This document shows positions 15,319-27,777 of a stretch of 64,000 bases of DNA, piece by piece. The stretch is from Eledone cirrhosa (lineage: Eukaryota). The position numbers and the translations under genes are program-made. The notes beneath the pieces are model-generated. The model saw only the letters and a list, made by a program, of their open reading frames with translations, ran no database searches and had not been told where the DNA came from. Within the stretch, counting starts at the first letter, position 1, and each line of letters begins with the position of its first letter. The DNA is taken from the NCBI GenBank assembly GCA_964016885.1, contig OZ024742.1:151838001-151902000 (forward strand). Direction: 5' to 3'.

Positions 15319-15528
15319 GTGTGTGTGTGTGTGTGTATGTATGTGTGTGTATATTTTTTTATGTATATGTATATATTTGTGTGTATGTATATATATATAT
15401 ATATGTATATACATATGTATATGTGTATGTGTGTGTATGTGTGTGTGTGTATATGTATATATGTATATGTGTGGGTGTGTGTATATATGTGTGTATATAT
15501 GTGTGTATATATGTGTATATATGTGTAT

Positions 15529-15588
<60 letters not shown>

Positions 15589-15752
15589 ATATGTGTGTGT
15601 CTGTATGTGTGTGTATATATATATGTGTGTGTGTATATATATATGTATACATATATATATATATATGTATGTATGGTGTTCTTTCTTTATATTTGTGTAT
15701 GTATGTGTATGTGTGTGTATGTGTGTGTATATATATATGTGTGTGTATGTGA

Positions 15753-15790
<38 letters not shown>

Positions 15791-15795
15791 GTATG

Positions 15796-16397
15796 TCAGG
15801 TCACCACTTGGTGCTACTGGTAACATGTATCCCAGTACAACCTGTTTCATGGTCGGGTCGTTGGCGACTAAACTGGCAACCCCACCAAGGTTTCTTGGTG
15901 AGGAGGGTGACTTTGGACATCCTGCAGGACTAAAAACAAAACCTGTCAAAGGGCAAAGGAGCTCTTAAGAGTCAATGGCCATCCAAAATCACTGGGAGAG
16001 ATGACCCCTTAGCCTTTGTCAAGGCAGAATTCTAGGAGAAGGAAAACTCTGATATAACACCTGCAACCCTGATGGTATCCAATGATGTTGACTTGTTCTT
16101 CTTTTTGGTAAATATCATCTTGGTTAAGAGAGTGGGACTGGCTTTGTGCAGTGCCTTTGCTCACTATAAAAGCTTCACGGCACAGGCATTGCTTTATATC
16201 TGGAGATCTCTCTGCACTTGCCGTCACATGGTACCATGGGCCCAGCACTATGTGTCAATAATTGTCACAAGTGTAGTGTTTGTACCAGAGTTTTCGCTGG
16301 CTGGACTAAAAAGTCACACTCGTTCAGCGCATCGGTAGGGGTTCTCCTACATGGATATAAAGTAGTGGCCGTACTCGAAAACGAGTTGGCAGCCACC

Positions 16398-16400
<3 letters not shown>
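15796..16400 (+). mobile_element. Non-autonomous bipartite RTE derivative (5' UTR joined to 3' end)
   Basis: 15990-16192 resembles RTE 5' UTR 50874-51096; 16263-16338 encodes LAGLKSHTRSAHR* versus LAGLKSHIRSQHC*; tail 16365-16399 resembles 55197-55231. Confidence 0.8.
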
Positions 16401-16471
<71 letters not shown>

Positions 16472-16499
16472 AAATGCTCTGAAATAGCGATATATATGT

Positions 16500-16772
16500 G
16501 AAGATAGACATAGAATATTCGAAAATATTCTGTATGTTTATAATAAACATTTTGAAGACCTAATCGCTATAGAATAGAATACGTCATTCTCGATAAAAGT
16601 ACTGGATATGTAATCCTGAAGATTTCTAATAAGAATGAAACGCGTAGGTTACTTCCCTTGCTTTTATCGAGAATCTAATTGTAATACGTGACGTATTCTA
16701 TTCTATAGCGATTAGGTCTTCAAAATGTTTATTATAAACATACAGAATATTTTCGAATATTCTATGTCTATC

Positions 16773-16776
<4 letters not shown>
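16500..16776 (+). repeat. Fold-back element with a central HHR
   Basis: 16500-16586 is complementary to 16689-16776. Confidence 0.8.
16610..16652 (+). ncRNA. Minimal type I HHR
   Basis: gtaatc-CTGAAGA-t ttct aata agaa t-GAAA-cgcg-TA-ggttac. Confidence 0.8.
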
Positions 16777-16827
<51 letters not shown>

Positions 16828-17018
16828 ATGTATGTATGTGTGTGTGTGTGTTTGTATGTGTATATATTTGTTTATGTGTGTGTATGTGTATGTATGTATA
16901 TGTGTATGTGGTTATATATATGATTGTATATATATATATGTATTTGTGTATATATACATGTGTGTGTGTGTTTGTGTGTATGTGTGTGTATATGTATATA
17001 TATATGTGTGTGTATGGT

Positions 17019-17092
<74 letters not shown>

Positions 17093-17257
17093 GTGTGTGT
17101 GTGTATGTATATATGTGTATATATGTATATATATGTATATATATATGTATATGTATATATATATATGTATATATATATGTATGCGTATGTGTGTGTATAT
17201 GTGTATGTGTATGTATGTATGTGTGTATGTGTGTATATATATATATATATATGTATG

Positions 17258-17314
<57 letters not shown>

Positions 17315-17485
17315 ATATATATATATATGTATGTATATATATATATATATTTGTGTATGTATATATGTCTATGTGTATTTGTGTGTATATACATGTATAT
17401 TTGTGTTTGTATGTATGCGTGTGAGTGTATTTATTTGTGTATATATATGTGTGTGTGTGTATGTATGTGTATGTGTGTGTGTGTA

Positions 17486-17522
<37 letters not shown>

Positions 17523-17551
17523 GTGTGTGTGTATATATGTGTATATATTTT

Positions 17552-17585
<34 letters not shown>

Positions 17586-17589
17586 TATA

Positions 17590-18556
17590 TAATAAAAAAT
17601 TGAACAGGGACAGAACAGAGAGGCAGTACGACAAATGTTTATTAGATTCACGCTCAGGAGAGTGGGGGGTAGGTGGAGGACGACGTTTCGGGCATAAGCC
17701 CTTCTTCAGGTAAGAGTTCAAAAGGTGTGTAGGCGAGTGGTGGAGAGACATATAGCGAAAGGAAACGGTGCGAATGAAAAATTAACAAATAAAGACAAAA
17801 ATATAATAAATAATAAATAAAAATAAAGCATGATCAAAATACAAGGAATGAGAACATTTAAAAATAAAGGCATGATCAAAATAAACTGAAATTAAAAGGG
17901 GGGTAAACAGGTGGTGGAAGGGTGTGGGGTGAGTAGAGGTGGAGGCGGGTGGAGTGGGGAGAGGGAGACGGGGTGTCCGAGCGAGGAGGGCTGAAGGTGG
18001 TGTGTGTGGTTAGGTGTGCGTGTGTGTGTGTGTGTGTGTGTGTATGTGAAAGTGAGGGTTGGGGGAAGAACGGGGTTGCATGTTCAGGAAGGTGTGTGTG
18101 GGGGGGTGGTTTTGTGTGTCGGAGGGTCTGTGCGTGTGTGGATAGGGGGTGGGGGGAGAGGAATCAGGGGGCTGAGGGTGTAAATATGTGGTGGGAAGCA
18201 CGTGTGTGTGGTTTAAGCGTGTTGTGGGTGTGGGTGGCGTGTGGATAAAAAAATTTGTTTTGGGATGTGTGTGTGGGTGAGTTATATAGGTGATGGTGTT
18301 AGAGGATGGTTGAAAAGTGGTAAGTTACACGGATGTATGGAGATTTTGGTTGGAAGTCAAAACGCGTGTGGGTAATCCAAGAAGCGGTGGTCGGAAGAGG
18401 AGAGATGTGGGGTGCGCGCGCAACAGGAAGTGGTCAGCAGTGGGAGTGCTGTGGTCAGTGGGTGCTGAGACAGTGGTCGGAAAGGCATAGCAGCAGTCAG
18501 CGGAATGGTAGGGAGGCGAGGATGGGTAGGTGTGAGAGTTGGAGTGAGGAGGGTGT

Positions 18557-18594
<38 letters not shown>

Positions 18595-19295
18595 TAGTAG
18601 GGGTGTTAGTGGGATGAGTTAGTGTGGAGTGGGGAGAGAAGGGTGTGTGTGGTTCTATGGAGGGAGTGTGGTGTACTGGTGTGTGTGTAGTTTGGTGAGG
18701 AGGTGTTAGTGGGTGTCAGTAGACGGGAGGTGGGGAGGGGTGGAATGCAGGTGTGAGTGGGGTTAGTGGGGGTAGGGTGTGTAGAGTTGGTGGTGTACGA
18801 GGGTGTGTGGGTACGTGTGCGTGGGGTTGGAGGGTGTTAGTGATGTTAGTTGCGTGTGGGGTGGGTGGTGTAAGTGTGTGCGTGTGATAAGGAGGGGGGA
18901 GGAGGAGAAGAGGGGAGGGAAGGGATGTTAGTATGTTAGTTGGGGAAGGGTGGTTAGATGAGGGGTGGAGTGGGGGTGCTAGTATTGTTAGTGTGGGGTG
19001 GGCGGTGAAAAGGAGGGGTGTGTTAGTGGTGTTAGTGGGGGATAAGTGGGGGAGGGGGGCGGTCGAACGCTAAATGAATAAGGGTGGGGAGTTCAGGCCG
19101 GGGGGGGGGGGTCTGTAAGATGAAGATAGTACGTTGTTCGACCGTGAGGCGATGGGCGGGTGTTCCGTGGCACTGGAGTAGGCCACAGACTGTGAGATGG
19201 TGTGCGGAGTGTCCAGGGCCACCAAAGTGGCGGGCGATGGGGGAACTGCCCCCGAGACGAATGTCCCGGAGGTGCTCCGTGACTCGGTCCGCCAT
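17590..19295 (-). mobile_element. 3' fragment of a Neptune-type PLE (GIY-YIG C-terminus, 3' UTR, pLTR)
   Basis: RVTEHLRDIR..PIARHF...RLTVEQRTIFILQT; HHR and AATAAA near the end. Confidence 0.8.
17680..17712 (-). ncRNA. Minimal HHR with short stem I
   Basis: ac-CTGAAGA-a gggc ttat gccc-GAAA-cGTC-gt. Confidence 0.65.
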
Positions 19296-20010
19296 ATATA
19301 TATATATGTATTATATATGTATGTGTGTATGTATGTCTGTATGTACGTGTGTGTACATGAATATATATTTATATATTTTTTTTATATATATGTGTGTGTG
19401 TTTTTATGTGTGTATATGTCTTTGTGTGTGTGTTTCTGGTTGCGCGTAAGTGTGTGAGTGAGTATGTGTTTTTTTGTTTTTTTGTGAATGTGTCTGTTGA
19501 TTTTTGGCATATAGTTGATTAGTTTAAGAGAGGTTCGAAGATAATAGTAAGATATGCACTCAGTATTTTGAATCTGTCTGCAGAATTCTCTAGACCTTTG
19601 TCACTTAGTAGAACCTTAATGACTTTAGCTTTTAAAGAATCTCCCTTTTCTTTAATTCTATCGACTATGACTGACCCCCCACTGATTTTATAGACATCTG
19701 TTAGCTTAAGAGAAACTTATTGACAAGGTATGGTAGGCCATCCGGAACCTGTTTATAGAATTCTGTCTGCCCGTGTTACTCTAAAAACATAAATAAATAA
19801 AAATAAAAATAAAAATAAACTATAGCTTTGTAGAATTAGCTTTTAATGAATTCCCTTTTCTATCAACCAATGACCTGCACCCATCCCACTCCCCACCCTC
19901 TCCTACCACTTGTAGAGACCTATAAATACCATATTTATTTTTTGATACCCAGATTCCTGATGATTTCAAATGAATGAAACAGTTCTAGTCCTGTAGAATA
20001 TCTTCTATAT
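19295..20010 (+). repeat. Family A pLTR (sense) with HHR at 19951-20001
   Basis: Near-identical reverse complement of about 9355-10040. Confidence 0.85.
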
Positions 20011-20253
20011 ATATACATATATATATATATATAATATATAAATGCATATATATATATATAGTAATATATATGTATACAAAACACAGTAAATCTAGTGTCT
20101 AAAATTACGAGGGTATAAGATACCACTAGATTGAGTGGGATAAGGCTATTATTTCTAGCGTAACAACTCATACCACGTATAGCGTGCAGACCACGAGGGA
20201 CATATCTTTGGTCCTCAGATTGGTGTTAGAGGTGTTTTGTTTCATTTGATCTA

Positions 20254-20342
20254 TCTCTCGTTGATGATAGCCTACAGATTATCTGTTACAAACATAATTT
20301 TTTCAGGGCGAAACAGATTGAGTCTAAAATTTGTCCGAGAGA
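20254..20342 (+). ncRNA. Type I HHR with U at core position 3, inside a fold-back repeat (about 20060-20490)
   Basis: tctctcg-TTGATGA-tagcc...ggc-GAAA-caga...tttg-TC-cgagaga; perfect 7-bp stem I. Confidence 0.65.
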
Positions 20343-20494
20343 TGAAATGCGTTTGATACGGTCAGTATAAAATTAATATATCATACTGTATGGTTAAGAT
20401 TAAATTTTTAAAACATTAGTGGTATCTTATACCCTCGTAATTATAGATACGAGATTTACTGTGTTTATTTACACATATATATTACTATATAATT

Positions 20495-20781
20495 ATTTCT
20501 ACTTTTGGCACAAGTACAGCAATTTTTCAGTGCATTACTGGTACTTTATTTTATATATATAGGAAGACGATCGACTTTCGTCAAATCGGACCGAGGGAAC
20601 AATGTTTCCGTTGGTCTTTCCAATTGCTAATACTATCTATCGGTCGCAACTCCAGGTAGAAGGAGCAACGTGAAATAAAGTGTCTTGCTCAAGGACATAA
20701 CGCATCGCCTGGTCCAGGAATCGAACTCACAACCTTACGATTGCGAACCCAATTCTCTAACCACTCAGCCACACGCCTTCA
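20495..20781 (-). mobile_element. tRNA-derived SINE fragments
   Basis: Minus-strand A box TGGCTGAGTGG, B box GTTCGATTCC, then tgtccttgagcaagacacttt; 20495-20555 matches the tail of the 8578 SINE. Confidence 0.8.
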
Positions 20782-21029
20782 CTAAATATATATATATTAC
20801 TATATAATGCTCGGTATTTATACTTTGAGCTTGTTTTAATTGCAGGGTACCTATATGAGCTAATAACTTTATATTTTATTTTTTATTTGTATATATATAT
20901 ATATATATATACATATAGATGCATATAAATATATATGTATATATATATATATATATATATGCATATATATATATATATGCATATATATATATATATATAT
21001 ATATATGCATATATATATATATATATATA

Positions 21030-21071
<42 letters not shown>

Positions 21072-21115
21072 TATATATATATATATATATATGCATATAT
21101 ATATATATATATATA

Positions 21116-21169
<54 letters not shown>

Positions 21170-21207
21170 ATAATAACAAATGGAAACTATATTTATAAAA
21201 CCATATT

Positions 21208-21273
21208 TATTTCATTATACATATTTCAAGGGCCACCAGAGCAAACTATGGTGCGCTTTCCTCAGATAAAATA
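21208..21273 (-). ncRNA. HHR family B
   Basis: tattttat-CTGAGGA-aagcgcacca..tggtggccctt-GAAA-tatgta-TA-atgaaata. Confidence 0.75.
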
Positions 21274-21321
21274 TAATATAGGTTAGTTTTATAAATAAAT
21301 ATTGATATACCCTTAAAAATG

Positions 21322-21357
<36 letters not shown>

Positions 21358-21629
21358 TATATATATATGCATATATATATATGCATATATATATACATAT
21401 ATGTATATATGCATATATATATATGCATATATATATATATGCATATATATATATATATATGTATATGCATATGCATATATATATATGCACATATATGTGT
21501 ATATATATATGCATATATATATGCATATATATATATGCATATATATACATATGCACATATATATATGTGTATATATATATGCATATATATATGCATATAT
21601 ATATATATGCATATATATATGCATATATG

Positions 21630-22909
21630 CAAAAGTTCTATTTAAAATTGTTGGGATACAACAAGTAAATATTTTATAACTGATATAAAGCACTCGACAA
21701 GTTTTTGGAGTAGATATACGATATTAAATATCGTGATGACATGCTTTTACTTATAGAAAATAATAGCTGTGAACTAAATAGAAAAAGAAAACAAATTATA
21801 CAATTTTTTAATTACCTTAATCTAAAAATAGAAATAGAGAATAACCATAGAATAGTCAATTTTCTGGATGTAACACTAAATCTCAACACATGTCTTCATT
21901 ATCCATTTCACAAACTAAATGAGAACTTGAATTATGTCAATTTTAACTCTAATCACCCCAGATCTGTTAAAAATACTATAGTGAACTCTGTTCAAGAACG
22001 AATTTCAAGAATTTCATCTAATAAAAATATTTTTGATGAAAAAGCGCAGTATTACAATGAAGCGTTAGCTAGAGCAGGATATAGAGATAAAATTAAATAC
22101 ATCGATAATAATAATAAGCAAACTAACCAAAATAATAACAATTTTAATTACGGTAACAACTTTAACAACTATAATAGAAAACATTACAATAATTCCAAAA
22201 GCCGAAAAAGAAATAGAACTAGAAATATATTATGGTTTGCCCCCCCCCCCCCCCCTTCTCACTAAATATTAAAACCCATATTGCTAAACTATTCTTTAAT
22301 GCTCTTAACAAACGCTTCCCTAGAACACATAAATATCACTCAATTTTTAATAGACACACTATAAAATTAACTTACTCGTCCACCAAAAATTTAGCACAAA
22401 ATATTAACAGAATTAATAATAGGAATTTAAAACCTAACCAAAATACCAATAATAACCAAAACAATATTCAATTAAATAACTGTAACTGTAGAAATAAATC
22501 TAACTGTCCGTTAAATAACAACTGCCTAGCTAAAAATGTAGTGTACAATTGTAATGTTAAAACTAATTTAAATTCTTTCAACTATGTTGGTTCCACCTCG
22601 ACAGAATTTAAACTTCGCTTCAATAATCATAAGAATTCTTTCACAGATCCAAACCAAAAATCCTCAACTTCGCTATCTAGCTTACTCTGGCACCTTAAAC
22701 GAGATAATATTAAATATTCGATGATTTGGAATATTGTCTCAAAAGGTACTCCTTTTAATTCCTCTTCAGAAAGTTGTGATCTTTGTATAGAAGAAATATT
22801 CTTTATGTTAAAGTCCAAAAATTCCCTTAATTTAAGGAGCAATTTATTCAGTTGCTGCAGACATAGATTGAACTCAACGTTTAAATATAAATATAAATTT
22901 AAAATGTAG
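21630..22909 (+). pseudogene. PLE RT C-terminus plus GIY-YIG
   Basis: ORFs 21741-22265 and 22232-22909. Confidence 0.85.
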
Positions 22910-24337
22910 TATAATTAATTAAGAAATTTAGTTAATATATGAAACCTGACGATAAATCATTAGATTCCTTCACCTTTTTCATTTTAAACTTTCTTCCTAA
23001 ATATAAACAAGGATATAATAAACTACTCTAAAATGTATATGCTCTCAATGTATTAAATAAAATAAAATATACGTAAGATAAATTTCTATACTAAATATAA
23101 GGGTATCCGTAGAATCACTGGGTCTTCTAAATCTTTTAAATTATTTTTATTTTTTTTATTTGTTTTGACTCTGATAGCTTCTAATAACTTTCATATATCT
23201 ACCCGTGCAATATCTTGTTTGAGATATAGGTAGGATAAATTTCTATAATAAATATATAAAACATATTATTTTAACTTGAGATACTCTATAGTGTTTTATA
23301 GATATTTAATGCTTTGATATTTCTATATTAATATATTGATATTTGATTATCTCTATACAAAGGCCATATGTGTGTATTAACATGCATATAAAAGTTTTAT
23401 CGGGTCTATTTATGTGTTTGTATATATGTCTGTATATATACATAACGGTGCTGGAAGACTCACGCAGATATTTATTTATACATATGTATGTGTATATATG
23501 TGTGTGTGTATATGTTGATGTGTGTTGCAGATATGCATAATATTAAATACATGAACGGTAATCATATATATGAGGACATGATTATTAATCGTATATTATG
23601 TATATATACTGTGAAATTTTTATAACACAAGAAATGTATAGAAGTGATCAAGTGAAATCATTTGTGTGTCCATATTATTGACTTGAGTAGACATAATTTC
23701 TTTTTTCAGGACGTACATATGTGTGTATATATATATACATATTTGTATCCGTATTTTTATAAATAGGGTATTTTTTGAAGGTTTTAACTCAGATTTTGGT
23801 ATATTGACCTCAAGGTTTTAAACTAAACATATGGTCATTATTGAACAATGTTATTTTCTCATATTATATATCTATGTCCCATTCATGAATATTGATATTT
23901 ATATTTTTATTATTCATTTCATATGAATTGTTAACTCAACTTAATATGACATGACGTAAAGTTGTCACTATATACCCTCTCTCTTGAGTTTTTCTATCTG
24001 TATGATGAATTATTATCTCTCTGTTGCTTTCTTTTGTTTTTCTTATTTCTTCCTTTTTTCTTTCTTTTTTATTTCTTACTATATATTTATATCTTTCTTT
24101 TCTACATACGTTTCTCTCTCTCCGGTATTTCTCCAGGTTTTCTTTTTCTCTCTCTCCTTCTTTTTCTCTCTCCTTCTCTCTCTCCGTTTTTTCTTTCTCT
24201 CAGTCTTTTTCTAACTGTGCTTAACACTATAACTAATAAAATAATTATAAACATCTCACTATCCAGACAGCTTCCAAAAATAATGGTTGCATCTAATAGG
24301 GTACGTCAAAATTATTTATGAAACTGTTTATATATTG

Positions 24338-24402
24338 TATTTTGTCTGATGAAGGCATACCATATTTTAATTTGGTATCCCTGAAATATGTATAATGAAA
24401 TA
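24338..24402 (+). ncRNA. HHR family B
   Basis: tattttgt-CTGATGA-aggcatacca..tggtatccct-GAAA-tatgta-TA-atgaaata. Confidence 0.8.
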
Positions 24403-24463
24403 AATATGGTTTTATAAATATAGTTTCCATTTATTTAATATCGTATATGCATATATATATATA

Positions 24464-24526
<63 letters not shown>

Positions 24527-24553
24527 TTGATGGTGTTGGGGATGACATCGTTT

Positions 24554-24590
<37 letters not shown>

Positions 24591-24592
<2 letters not shown>

Positions 24593-27092
24593 CTGTTTAG
24601 ACTGTCGGAGAAATGGGCCAACGCTGGCTGCCAAATTATTTTCCTGAAACGCTGTCTAAAAAACGATGTCATCCCCAACACCATCAAGAACATCCGCTTA
24701 CCAGTAAGCCTACGTACACCAGCCTTCCAAAACACCACTAACCGCATACATCGCAGTGTATTAAACAGATCCTGAGACATCTCAACCGCCAATTACACGT
24801 CCATAAGCGGACACATCGACTGCCAATAGCACCCGGAGACTTGCTCCTAAAAATCACTAAAGCTATCGACCAGTGCTACCACTCCAGAGTCCAATACGAG
24901 AAAAAACAGCTCAAGCGAAAATATGAGTGGATCTTGTCGAAACGCCACAACGAGAACATCGACACTAACGAACAGACGGACCAGAACCACGTGGAAAACA
25001 ACAACTTAACAACTGCCACCGCCGCAACCACCAACACCGAGCCATACCTCAACGATGCGACGCACCTGGTCACCGACCTAACCGGCACTCTCACGAGCGA
25101 CGAGCTGAAACTCCTACACCTCGGACCTAAGTTCATCGTCACACAACGTCTCGACGACAGACTCAAACTCAACATCGAGCCCAACTTTTGTCGAGCCGCT
25201 TACCAAATTAAATGGGTGACCGCTATCAACAGCGCCGACACAACCCACCCCAAGTTCCCCACTTACCACCCCCACCCACCAACCACGACCTCGACACTAA
25301 ACTCATCAGGCTAAAACACTCCATCTCGGATATACTTCACAAACACAAACACACACGCACAACACATAACCTCACCAAATCTCAACTCACCACTCTCTCC
25401 AACCTAAAATCGAAGAACCTAATCTATCTCCCCTCCGACAAGGGAAAAGAATTCTGCGTCATCAGCAGAGAGGCCTACAACACCCTGACCCTCCAACACC
25501 TTGACGATGACAACCTCTACTCCAAGGTCACGGGAATCACTCCCGCGCAGATAGAAGAACACATCAACTCCGCCTGGACCAACATCTGCGACCGGCGGAA
25601 GCTCCCGAAGAAGCTGAGATACAACCTCCTCACGAGGAACAGCAGACTATCCGCCTTCTACCACCTCGTGAAAACACACAAACAGGGACGCGACCTGAAA
25701 ATCAGGCCCGTCGTATCGAGCGTGGTGGGACCACTCTACAAAATGTCATGGCTCCTAGCCAGAATACTCAAACCCATCTTAGACACCTTGCCGGGACACG
25801 TTAACAGCTCCGAGGAGGTGTTGAAGCGCCTGCATCAAATGGATCCCGACACCAGAAGGAATAACAGATATGCCTTCAGCCTTGATGTAGTCGCTCTCTA
25901 CACCTCGGTCCCGGCACTCCCGGCCGTCAATATACTAATGGAACGCGTCCAATCCACCGACCTACACTGCTTCGGGCTCACCACCACTGACATCCACCAA
26001 CTCCTATCCATCGTCATCGACAACACCTACTTCGGATTACTTGACCAAATATACCAACAAACCTCGGGATTGCCCATGGGATCAAGCCTATCAGGTGTGC
26101 TAGCGATCTCCTACATGGACAACCTCGAACGCAAGGCACTCAACGCCTGCTACCCCAAGGCCGTAGCCTTTTTCTCAAGATACGTGGACGATATCCTCAT
26201 CCTCACATCTTGCCAAGACACGGCGAACAGAATCTATGAGACGTTCAACAACACGGACGAGAACATTGACTTCAGTGTTGAACACCCCAACGAAGACGGG
26301 TCACTTGCCCTCCTCGACTTCCGAATCAACATCATGGAACAAGGAGGGATCCACTGCAACTTCTACAGAAAGGCAGCCCGCAGGGACCTATTCGTTCACT
26401 ACAAGTCCGCCCTCCCTAACAGTGCCAAAAGAGGATACATCGCGAACGAGATCGCGCGAATCAAAAACAGATGCAGCGATCCCGCGAGTGGTGTCACTCA
26501 TACCAAGCGATTCCTCGAGGTGCTGGAGACGAACGGGTACCCTAACTCGATCACAGACAGAATAGGAGACACCAGACGCAAGAGACAGAGAAGCACCCAA
26601 GGCAAGTGCTTCCTTAAAATGCCACACCTGGGCGAGAAAACCACCAACGCTATCCGCAAGGCTATACGGAGGGAAGGACACGACATCCACCTGGCCCACT
26701 CGGGCCCCTCCCTGCGAAGATGCCTCTCCAGGAAACCCGAAAAATCTACTGACGCATGCTCCTTCAGAGACTGCCTGATACGCCATGCTAACTGTTGCCT
26801 ACGCACATACGTCGTGTATGAGATAGAATGGGACAGGTGCAACCAATACTACATAGGTAGCACAATTCGACCTTTGCACAACCGGATCAAGGAACACACT
26901 AAAACCAGGGCCTCGTCTTTCCGGAAACACATAGACAAATGCGGAAAGAAAGACGGAAGGCCCATTGTCACAATTCTAGCGACTGAAAGAAACGTCGGCA
27001 CGTTACGTATCAGGGAAGCGCTTTTTATCAAACGACTGCAACCGCAAATAAACAACCGATCAGAGAGAAGCGAAATGAAATGGCTGGTTTAA
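24591..27092 (+). pseudogene. RT-GIY-YIG polyprotein with at least 2 frameshifts
   Basis: Segments at 24593-about 24830, 24841-about 25270 and about 25270-27092. Confidence 0.85.
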
Positions 27093-27745
27093 GTTAACAA
27101 GCGATGCAACAACACACAACACACGCACACACACACGCACAAGCAAACGAGACAACTACACACACACACGCACACACACACAGTAGCATTCCACCATACG
27201 AACATACTACACTGCCAATACAGATGAACAAGGAAACAACACACACACACAACACACACACTCAGGCGAGACAACAACACACGCACACACACACACAGTA
27301 ACATTTAACAAACAGGCAGAGAATGGACTGACAGCTAGCGCCATCCCACTCCCACATTCGGCCGCTGACCACTGTACGACCGACCCCATTTCACGCGCAC
27401 GCGCGCTCTGCCGAATACCTCACATATTCAAAACAACAAACAGCGAAAGACGCGTTCCGGACTTGTCCGACAGACAACCTTTTCCCCCAACCCGGAAAAA
27501 ACCCCAGTTGATGGATGTGAATCCGAAATATATAGGGACTATTAAATCTCTCCCAAGGTAACTCTCTCTTGTGTTGTTATTTTTATTTTTATACTTTATA
27601 CTCTTCCCTTCATTCTACACATCTCACACATCTTATACACACCACGCATCTCAACGTACACCCACTTACATCTATCTCTCCACCACCGGACCTTGTTACC
27701 CGGAGATTTACCCATTTGCATTGTCGAGGCTTCCAAACGACTTAA

Positions 27746-27748
<3 letters not shown>
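24591..27748 (+). mobile_element. Penelope/Poseidon-type PLE, unit length
   Basis: FLKRC..IP N-terminus, LGPKF, PSDKG, IRPVVS, SLDVVALYTSVP, GLPMGSSLS, YVDD, VVY..YIGST..LN. Confidence 0.9.
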
Positions 27749-27776
<28 letters not shown>

Positions 27777-27777
27777 A

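Larger units (their letters stand above)
21170..24445 (+). mobile_element. 5'-truncated Naiad-type PLE family B with a divergent inverted pLTR piece upstream
   Basis: YRDD at about 21730, VNFLDVTLNL, SNHP, GIY-YIG (NVVYNC..YVGST..CDLC..CRH); frameshift in poly-C at about 22250. Confidence 0.85.

Noticed and set aside
14413-15949. Long ORFs of up to 373 aa rich in IY/CV/HT, and all similar ORFs in the window
   Set aside because: They are translations of stop-free dinucleotide microsatellites, not genes.
20700-20781. tRNA gene
   Set aside because: A and B boxes are followed by a SINE central domain, so this is a SINE head.
22240-22256. Programmed frameshift in the family B ORF
   Set aside because: The break lies in a long poly-C run inside the conserved WF.PPFS motif, most likely slippage or sequencing error.
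27503-27537. HHR in the Poseidon-type pLTR
   Set aside because: Stems and GAAA-tata-TA fit, but the 5' core (agttgat) is not CUGANGA; treated as a decayed remnant.
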